Shown here one piece after another: positions 54,680-64,000 of a stretch of 64,000 bases of DNA. The stretch lies in the NCBI RefSeq assembly GCF_009914755.1, contig NC_060925.1. One strand, given 5' to 3'. The translations under genes were made by a program, and so were the position numbers. Origin of the DNA: the human T2T-CHM13v2.0 reference genome, Homo sapiens. The first letter of the stretch is position 1. Every line of letters begins with the position of its first letter. Below the pieces are notes generated by a model, which was given only the letters and a program-made list of their open reading frames with translations, was not told where the DNA came from and ran no database searches.

Positions 54680-56150
54680 TGCTAACTATTGCTGCCTCTG
54701 TTATAGTCATTAGCAACTCAACATTAATATCCCCCACGTCCATCACTGCAGTGATTAGGATCCTGGACTTGCGGGGTGCCTCACTGGCGGGGGGGTGTGA
54801 GCTGGATCCCCAGGGCCTGGCTGCCCTGCCCTGAGTGGGTGGGGAAGGAAGGGGACAGGCCAGCTTGTTAAATCTAATTACCTGGCTCCAGACAGCCGGC
54901 CCGAGCTCTTCTGAGAGCCGGCTCTGCCCACCGTGTAATCCTCTGCCTGCCTCTCCGCCATAACGAGCCGGCCCGCCACCAGCTGCCACGCGGCTAGATG
55001 GGGCTGAGTTTAATTGCTACCCCAAATGTCAGCCCTTTCAAACCCACAGTATTTCATCACTTACCTTTAAAGAAGAGGGGAAAAAAATCAATTTGGATTG
55101 TGAGTTTTGGCAGCAAAGCCTGCAGAAAGGGCTGCCCAGTTCTTCAGGGGAGCGGCTCTTTTCATTAAAATAGCTATTTTTAAAACTCTCTCTCTCCCTC
55201 TCTCTCTCTCTTTAACACGAGATGAAAAATCCCAGCTACAAGAAGAAACCCTTTCATGAAGGAATAATAATATAAAAAAAGAGTGTAAAAAAGCCCACTT
55301 CTAAAATGGGTCCCCTTTTTTTTAACCTCTCAAAGGTTAAAAAAAGAAAAGAAAATGGTTTTATTCTCAAAGGGCTTTCACACGTGTGATCTCGTCTCAA
55401 CCTCACAGAAGCTTGGAGTGCTGGGGGAGGGCAGGTGTCATTGTCCCCATTTTACAGATGAAGGAATGAGGCCCCAAGATGAAGGAATAAAGGCTCTGCT
55501 GCGGGGAGGGTGGTCATGCATCTATTTAGGGTGCAGGAAAAAGAATCCCCATTTTCTACTTTCCTGACTGGACTCTTCTTATGGGACCACGTGTCCTGTC
55601 CCCAGATACACCCACATGCCAAATTCAAGCTATTTACCTACTAGTCAGAAAGTAGAAAAAGGGGACACTAAAAAAAAAAAAAAAAACAACAAAAACAACC
55701 CACAGAGACTCGTTGGAGTTTAACACTCATTTAACTCTCCGTGAGATCACAGCCATCCTTTCTTCCCTGGGGAGAATTTTCTTCCCCATTCCTTTAGAAG
55801 AAAGGAACGTAATTCTTTTGGAGATTACATTCCCTGTAAACTGGTTTCTTAAGCTCCCGCCTGAGGAAGTGTTCCAAAGTCTGCAGACTAATTAACCCCA
55901 TTGTTCAGAATTAATCACCTCAGGAATATTTGGAGTCAACAAGAAATGTATCAATTGGGCTCTTAATAAACCTAATGAAACGACTCAACATAAAGGCATA
56001 TGAAATAGACTTTTAAAACATTTGCATAAACCACCAGCCTCTCAGAGCTCTCGGCAGCACAATCAATCTTAATTGACACTTTATTAGCACCAAGAATTGC
56101 TATCAACTTGGCAGGTCCCCCCATATTGCCTGCTGAAATAATAGATGAAG
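54680..56150. promoter_or_regulatory. Candidate conserved non-coding/enhancer cluster
   Basis: No recognisable TE over ~1.5 kb apart from a short MIR-like piece near 55430. CpG-retaining core at 54890-55000 and dense TAAT/TAATTA/ATCAAT motifs at 54866-54880, 55010 and 55888-56100. Confidence 0.45.
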
Positions 56151-57139
56151 TGTTTTTTCTTTCTTTATTTTTTTTTAAAGAAAGGAAAAAAGAGAAAAGT
56201 GGCTTGCAGATTTTGGTGAATGAAGACAGAGGAGAAAGTGAATCAGAGTCGTAGGGTAGAATGGAAGTGACTGGGTCCACAGCTTCTCCCTGGCTCACTG
56301 GGAGTCCACTGGAGGCAGGGGTTTCAGTCACCATATCCTGCAGGGTTAAGGAACTGTCATTGACACATAGCAGGAAGCTGCCCCAATTGTCTGCTTGACT
56401 GTGTTTACCAGGAGAGGCATAGCTGGAGTATTTGGGGGCAGGGTGGGGCGCAGGGAGTCTGGGCCCAGATGGAAATGAGAGAAACAGAAAGCTGTGAGAA
56501 GGAGCTTGGAATTGTTTTTGCATTTTTGCTTCTACTGGGATGAAACACTTGCTCCCAAAGGTTGGGGACTGTTTCTAATCCTGTATTCTCCGGTCCCTCT
56601 TAATTTCTAATATTTCTGTCCTAAGCTTGGAATAAATGTCAGAGGAGCCCAAATTCTCTCTAGCAATCTCAAGTCAACCATGAGCCGGGAGATAAAATCC
56701 CCTGGGGTTTTATTTCAAGGGACTTCACACCATTTGGTTGTCTGTCCTGGGTGTCTATGACTACTGTCCTGGGTGACTATGTCCTGGGTGTCTATGTCTA
56801 TGACACGGCCATCTTCTCCCTTCCCTTCCTCCTCTTTCTTCTCCTTCCCTTCCTCCTTCTGTGATTCTTAGGGACACAGTTTTAGGGCTTAGCTCAGCTG
56901 GGCAAGGTGGCCCCACACTTTATGGTGTGAGTCCTGCTTGCTTGGAGCAGCTTGGGAGGAAGAAGGCTTAGGAGGAACATGGCACTGGCCGCCGCAGAGC
57001 ATGAAGCCCAGGGACAGAGAGTCTGGGAAGTGTAGAGGAGGCAGCTCGTGTTTGATTTAAGACCGACAGGACAGGCTGGCAGGTCTGGTTTCATGCCCCC
57101 AACTTGGATTAGAGTTCTGCCTGTGCAGCTATTACTAAT

Positions 57140-57345
57140 ATAACACAGGCTCTGGGGCCAGTCTGCATAGATTTGAATCCTGGCTCTGCTGTTTCTTAGC
57201 TGTGTAACTTTGTGTGCCTCAGTAACTTCATCTGTAAAATGGGATGATAATAGTATTAGCTTCTGAAAGCATTGTTAGAAAGATTAAGTAAATACTGTAA
57301 AGTTCTAAGAACCATGCCTGGCATAGAATAAGCACTATATCAGTA
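57140..57345 (+). mobile_element. MIR
   Basis: 'tttgaatcctggctctgctgtttcttagctgtgtaactttg...catctgtaaaatgggatgataatag'. Confidence 0.8.
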
Positions 57346-57569
57346 CTTTCTTCTTGATATTTATAAAAGAAACTAGAAGACAGTAGTAGTTAGCATTTAT
57401 CGATCACTGATTCACTATGTGGCGTGATGAAAAGCTTAGGGTGGAAGGAGTTGTGATAGGGGAGAGTGAACAGGGTCAAACGCTCCAGATTGATAAGATA
57501 CTGTCCACTGAGACATTGGTGAGCAATGGATCCAGACTTGTTGGGATATGAGGTCGGGTGACCTTAAGG

Positions 57570-57780
57570 CCAGGCACAGTTGCAAGCACTTCACACGTGC
57601 TCTCTTATTTTGTTCTCACAGAATCTTATGACGTAGGTACAATATTTACCATCATTTTACACACAAGGAAGCTGAAATACAGAGTAATAACTATTTTGCT
57701 CAAGATTATATAGTTAGTAAGTAACAGAACTAGGATTCAAACCCTGGCAGTCTGGATCCAACATCTGTAACCTTGATCAG
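57570..57780 (-). mobile_element. MIR
   Basis: 'tcattttacacacaaggaagctgaaatacagag...caagattatatagttagtaagtaacagaactaggattcaaaccc'. Confidence 0.75.
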
Positions 57781-58233
57781 TTAGCCATGCACTTGTTGGG
57801 CCGTGGTGCTTCAATTTTGAAAGACAAATTCAAATCCAACATCAAAGAACATAACCAAACGTAACCACAACCGTTTCTCTAAAATTCCTGCCAGAGCTCA
57901 AGTCTGAGAGAAGAGGACTCTGGGATCTTTCTCTGAAGGTGATTTAGTTTGTTCTTCCATCATAATGGACAAACTGATCCTAAAACTCCTATGGAAATGC
58001 AAGGGACTCCAGGTAGCCAAAAACAATCTTAAGAAAGAACAAAGCTGGAGAGCTCACAGTTCCTGATTTTAAAATTTACTACAAAGACATAATAATCAAA
58101 ATGATGTGGTACTAGCACAAGGACAGACACATAGATCAATAGAATAGGATTGAGAGTCCAGAAGCAACCCCATACATCTGTGATTTTTGACAAGGGTGAC
58201 AAAATCACTCAATGGGGGAAAGAATAGTCTTTT

Positions 58234-58527
<294 letters not shown>

Positions 58528-59782
58528 AAGAATAGTCTTTTTAATAAATAGTGTTGGGACAATTGATTATCCACGTGCAAAAGAACAAATTTGGACCCTT
58601 ACCTCCCACCATATAAAAAAGTGAATTCAAAATGCAAAGACCTAACTGTAAGAGCTAAAACTATAAAAACTCTTAGAAGGAAACAAAAGTATAAATCTTA
58701 GTATCTTGGATTAGGCAACAGTTCCTTAATTATAACACCAAAACCACAAGCAGCAAAGGAAAAACTAGATAAACTGACTTCAACAAATTAAGAATGTTTG
58801 TCTATCAAGGGATACTATCAAGAGAGTAAATAAACAACCTACAGAATGGGAGAATATATTTGCAAATTATATATCTGACAAGAGTCTAGTATCCAGAATA
58901 TATAAAGAACTATTACAACTCAACAACAAAAAGACAAACAACCCAATTTAAAAATGGGTGAAGGATTTGAATAGACATCTTTCCAAAGAAGATTTACAAA
59001 TGGCCAATACACACATGAGAAAATGATCAACATCATTAGTCATTAGAGAAACGAAAATCAAAACCACATGAGATACCACTTTGCACCCACTAGGATGGCT
59101 TCATAAAAAACAAAGTGGAAAATAACAAGTTCTGGCAAGGATGTGGAGAAATTGGAACCCTCATACAGTGCTGGTGGGAATGCAAAATGGTGTAGTCATT
59201 GTGGAAAACAGTTTGGCAGTTCTTCAAAAAGTTAAACATATAGAGGTACCATATGATCCAACAATTCCACTCCAAGGTATATATCCAAGAAAATTGAAAA
59301 CATATGTTTCCACAAAAACTTGTACACGAATATTCATAGCAGCAATACCCATAATAGCCAAAAAGTAGAAACAATCCAAATGTCCATCAAATGATGAATG
59401 GATAAACAAAATGTGGTCTATCCACAGAATGGAATACTCATCAGTAGTAAAAAGAATGAAGTACTGATACGTGCTGCAACATGGATTAGCCTTGGAAACG
59501 TTGTGCTAAGTGAGAGAAGCCAGACCTGAAAGACTACCTACTATATGCTTCCATTTATATTAAATGCCCGGAATTGGCAAGTCCATAGAGACAGAAAGTA
59601 GATCAGTGGTTGCCAGGGGCTGGAGAGATTGAGGAGTTGGGAGACACTGCTAACAGGTATGGGGTTTCTTTTCGGAGTGATGGAAATGTTTTGGAATGAG
59701 AAAGTGAGGATGGTTACACAACATTGTGAATATACAAGCCCCTCCCCCACAGAATTATACATTTAAAAATGGTTAAAATGGC

Positions 59783-60052
59783 AACCCAGCACTTTGGGGG
59801 GCTGAGGCGGGAGGATCCTTGAGTCCAGGAGTTTGAGACCAGCCTGGGCAACATAGTGATACCCTTATCTCTACACAAAATTAAAAAAAAAATTATCTGG
59901 GTGTGGTGGTGTGTGCCTATAGTCCCAGCTATTTGGGAGGCTGAAGCAGGAGGATCACTTGAGCCCAGGAGTTTGAGGCTGCAGTGAGCTGTGACTGTGC
60001 ACTCACGCCTGAGTGATAGAGCAAGACTCTGTTGCCAACCCCCCCCAAAAAA
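59783..60052 (+). mobile_element. AluJ inside the L1MB 3' end
   Basis: 'ggaggatcacttgagcccaggagtttgaggctgcagtgagctgtg' (J-type). Flanks gttaaaatgg on both sides. Confidence 0.9.
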
Positions 60053-60604
60053 CCAGTTAAAATGGTGAACTTTATGCTATGTGGATTTTATCTCAATTTT
60101 AAAAATTGCAAAAGAAAAGTACAAGAAAAATGACCTGATCGTGTCAGTCCTTTGCCTGAAACTCTGTCACTGGCTTCCTGTCCCTTCTGAGGCCTGCCTG
60201 TGCTGTTCCCTGCCACCTCCCAGTCTCATTGCAGCCCACTGGCCCCTTCCCTTTGGATTCCAGACTTTTTTCCTTCAATATGAAGGGAATGTGCCAGGCT
60301 TCCCACCCTCCTCTGCGCCTTTGCACTGGCTGTTCCCTCTGCTGGAAACACGCTTGTTCCACCCTCTCCATCTCTCAAGGAACATTCCATGCCCTTCCAA
60401 ACCATGTCAACACATCACTCCTTGTTCTTTCCTTCTGAACATTTGCCCCTATTAGCATGTTTATGTGAACGTGCACACACACAGAGACAGATTATTTGAC
60501 TAATGTCTTCATTTCCTACCAGACCCTAAGCCTTACTCACCATTTTATCCCTGGTCCTTCACATGGTGGCCAGCCAGCCACACAGTTGCTAACTTAATCC
60601 TCTG

Positions 60605-60736
60605 TTGGTCCCGCCTGCTGGGGATTCAGGGGCCAACTTCACCAGGCCCTTGTTCTTCTTGGCAGCACCATTGGTCCCGCCTGCTGGGGATTCAGGGACC
60701 AACTTCACCAGGCCCTTGTTCTTCTTGGCAGCTCCA
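60605..60736 (+). repeat. 66-bp tandem duplication (2 copies)
   Basis: ttggtcccgcctgctggggattcagg...cttcttggcagc(a/t)cca at 60605 and 60671; two mismatches. Confidence 0.95.
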
Positions 60737-60753
60737 TTTCCTTCCTCTAGCCC

Positions 60754-60920
60754 AGGGTTTCTCAATCCTGGCTGTTCACTTGGATTACCCAGGGGAGTTT
60801 TAAAGAATGCCCACAGCCAGGCTCCAGTCAGACAATTTAGTTTCTGGGGTTGGGACTTGTGCAAGGGTAATGTAAAGGCTGCTCAGGTGTCTGATGTGCC
60901 GCCCTGGTTGAGAACTGCCC
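60754..60920. mobile_element. MER5A-like hAT MITE
   Basis: 'cagggtttctcaatcctggctgttcacttggattacccaggggagttttaaagaatgccc...ggttgagaactg'. Confidence 0.8.
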
Positions 60921-62018
60921 CCTCCAACCTCATTTCTGTCCTCTCCAAACCACTGCAGAGTGGGAGGGATTATCCCAGCTTTTCTTCTCATCCTGCTCAA
61001 CTCAATCCATCTTCATTTATTCTGAGCACCTACAATGTGTCAAGTCCTGTGCAAGTCCCCGAGAGCACAAAGACCTAAGACACCATTCCTGGAGACAATG
61101 TGTCCCTCTTTGGTGTTTTCTTAAGGGCACATAAATACCAGCTACTACCAAGAAACAAAGTCAAGCAAAGAAAGCAGCAATACATTTCTGAGCTAGCAGA
61201 AGGAGTGGAAGTTTCCAGCTCACAGTTATTGCTGGGGACGCCTCTGAATGTTGCTATGACATCTCTTGGCCTGAGGCTTCCTCAGCACCTTGTCCCTGCC
61301 TTACTTTTGCCCACAGCGAGGGGCTTCTCCAGTGTTCTTACCCAAATGGGTAAGACAGAAAACCCTAGGGGGTGGCTTCAGATGTTCAGAAGGCTAGAGT
61401 AATACACGTTTGCGACTCTAGCCTGGTTCGGCCTCAGGAGGCTTCCATCTCATGCAGAAAACCCATAGGGTGGCTCCAAGTTTCTTCATGGAAAGGACTG
61501 GGTTAACAACGTGTTTGGAAGCAGTTTGGGGTAGGGCTAGGAGATTTGTGTTGCAGCTACATTTTTATGGAAAGCACACAATTTTAACTTAGGTTGTATT
61601 AAAGATGACTTTATTTATAATTCACATGAGGCAGAGAACATCAATTGTCCCTGTTGGAGAATATTTCTATTATTATTATTTTACAGTAGCTCTGAGGGTG
61701 AGATACTGGTGAAGATTTTGGTGGGTCAAAGCCATCCCTTGGCACTGTCTCTAAAGAGAGTTCTCCAATCTTCCTGGGAAATGTTGTCTTTAACTATTCT
61801 GTGAGCTTAAAATGAGAGCAAAGCTCACATCCTTTAAATCCTGGGCATGGCATCGGCAGGTGGAGCAAGGTGACAAGAGATTTGACCTCAGTTTCCACTG
61901 TGACTTACTGTGGGATGTAAGAAAAGTAAGCACCTCAGTTTCTTCATCTATCAAATGGGGATAGTAACTAGAACCTATCTCTTTGGGTTTTGGGAGACCC
62001 AATGAGATGATACATGTA

Positions 62019-63863
62019 CAGACATGCCTCGGAGATATTGTGAGTTCAATTCCAGACTACTGCAATAAAGCAAATATTGCAATAAAGCAATTCACATGAA
62101 TTTTTTGGTTTTCCAGTGCACATAAAACTTATGTTTACACTATACTGTAGTCTATTAACTGTGCAATAGTATTATGTCTAAAAACAATGGATATACTTTA
62201 ATTTAAAAAACTTTATTGCTGAAAAAATGCTAGCAATCAGCTGAGCCTTCAGCGAGTTGTAATCTTTTTGCTGGTGGAGTAGAGGGTCTTGCCTTGATGT
62301 TGATGGCTGCTGACTCATCAGGGTAGTGGTTGCGGAAGGTTGTGGTGACTGTGGCAATTTCTTAAAGTAAGACAACAGGAAAGTTTGCTGCATCCAGTGA
62401 CACTTCCTTCCATGAAAGATTTCTCTGTAGGATACCATGCTGTTTGATAGCATTTTACCCACAGTAGAACTTCTTTCAAAATTAGACTCAGTCCTCTCAA
62501 ACCCTGCTGCTGCTTTATCAACTGAGTTTACATGATATCCTAAATCCACTGTCGTCATTTCAACAATGTTCACAGCATCTTCACCAGGAGTAGATTCTAT
62601 CTTAAGAAACCACTTTCTTTGCTCATCCATAAGAAGCAACTCCTCATCCGTTAAAGTTTTATCATGAGATTGCAGTAATTCAGTCACATCTTCAGGCTCC
62701 ACTTCTAATTCTAGTTCTCTTGCTATTTCCACCACATCTGCAGTTACTTCCTGTACACAAATCTTGAACCCCTCAAAATAATCCCTGAGGATTGGAACCA
62801 ACTTCTTCCAAATTCTTGTACAAGTTGATATTTTGACCTTCTGCCATGAATCATGAATGTTCTTAATGGCATCTAGAATGATGAATCCTTTCCAGAAGGT
62901 TTTCAATTTTCTTTGCCCAGATCCACCAAAGAAGTCACTATCTATGGCAGCTCTAGCCTTACAAAATGTACTTCTTAAATTATAAGACTTGAAAGTCAAA
63001 ATTATTCCTCGATCCATAGGCTGCAGATTGGATGTTGTGTTAGCAGGCATAAAAACATTAATCTTCTTGTACATCTCCATCAGAGCTTTTGAGTGACCAG
63101 GTGCACTGTCAATAAGCAGTAATATGTTGAATCTTTTTTTTTTTCCAGAGCAGTAGTTCTTAACAGTGGCCTTAAAATAGCTAGTAAACCATGCTGTAAG
63201 CAGATATGCTGTCATTCAGGCTTTGTTGTTCCATTTATAGAGCACAGGCAGAGGAGATTTAGCACAAGTCTTAAGAATCCTAGGATTTTCAGAATGGCAA
63301 ATGAGCATTGGCTTCAACTTAAAGTCACCAGCTGCACTGGGCCCTAACCGGCTTGTCCTTTGAAGCTTGGAAGCCAGGCATGGACTTCTTCTCCCTAGCT
63401 GTGAAAGCTAGATGGCATCTTCTTCCAACAGAAGGCTGTTTCAACTGCCTTGAAAATCTGGTAGCCACCTTCATCAATGATCTTAGCCAGAGCTCCTGGA
63501 GAACTTGCTGCAGCTTCTACATCAGCACTTGCTGCTTCACCTTGGCTTTTATGTATGGCCATGGCTTCCTTCATTAAGCTTCATGAACCAACCTCTCCTA
63601 GCTTCAAACTTTTCTTCTGTAGCTGCTTCACCTCTCTCAGCCTTCATAGAATTGAAAAGAGTTAGGGCCCAAGGGGAGGGAGAGAGATGGGAGAACATCT
63701 GGTCAGTGAAGCAGTCAAAACACACACAACATTTATCGATTAGGTTTGCCATTTTTTATGGGTATGGTTTCTGGCACCCCAAAATGATGAATATAGTAAC
63801 ATCAAAATCCCTAATCCCAGATCACCATAACACATATAATAATAATGAAAGCATTTGAAATAT
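62019..63863 (-). mobile_element. Tigger1 (Tc1/mariner-pogo) DNA transposon, internally deleted and missing one terminus; inserted at TA within a MIR
   Basis: Terminus 'ta|cagacatgcctcggagatattgtgagttcaattccagactactgcaataaagc' at 62017-62019. Transposase-coding interior. Other subterminal region 'cagatcaccataacacatataataataatgaaagcatttgaaatatt' near 63820-63863. Confidence 0.95.
62178..63215 (-). pseudogene. Tigger1 transposase C-terminal part (DDE_1 domain; TIGD1-like), 345-codon open frame
   Basis: Translation [10 protein letters not shown]...LQPMDRGII...[21 protein letters not shown]...[38 protein letters not shown]. An in-frame TGA lies immediately upstream of the Met, and there are frameshifts/deletions further 5'. 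Confidence 0.88.
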
Positions 63864-64000
63864 TTAGGGGGCACAAACCCCATCATGAAGGCAGAATTGC
63901 AGAGGGACTTCAGAGACGGACTATCACTTGCCTAGTTCTTAAACTCTCTGGGCCTCAGCTTCCTCATCTGTAACGTGAGGAATTGTAGTACCTTAACCTG

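Noticed and set aside
55972-56523. 183-aa ORF, and similarly the 192-aa ORF at 50970-51548
   Set aside because: No recognisable domain or codon pattern; lengths are compatible with chance in GC-rich DNA.

Overview
This window is human-like (primate) non-coding genomic DNA, either intergenic or deep intronic. I found no credible protein-coding exon and cannot name the locus. Roughly half is recognisable transposable-element debris: about 15 Alus, 3' fragments of L1PA/L1PB/L1MB/L1M, many MIR and L2 pieces, MaLR (MLT1/MST) and LTR16/ERVL solo LTRs, a fragmented hAT-Charlie transposon and a partly deleted Tigger1. There are also several minisatellites and microsatellites. Nearly all listed ORFs are chance or repeat-derived; the only real protein homologies are transposon fossils (Tigger1 DDE domain, Charlie hAT fragment, L1 ORF2 C-termini). 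The most interesting things visible directly in the sequence are: (1) an AluY + L1PA 3' end inside one 15-bp target-site duplication (template-switch chimera); (2) a tailless 5S rRNA retrocopy with a 15-bp TSD that overlaps the RNA 3' end; (3) a second, very degenerate 5S-like stretch with a perfect hairpin in non-repeat DNA; (4) a four-level nested transposon stack; (5) minisatellites born from a MIR core and from inside an LTR16; (6) a 50-bp dispersed duplication; (7) a series of repeat-free, homeodomain/SOX/POU-motif-rich islands that resemble developmental enhancers. I do not see evidence for a new multi-gene system. Subfamily calls come from memory of consensus sequences and need RepeatMasker/Dfam confirmation. 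Boundaries of old repeats are approximate.
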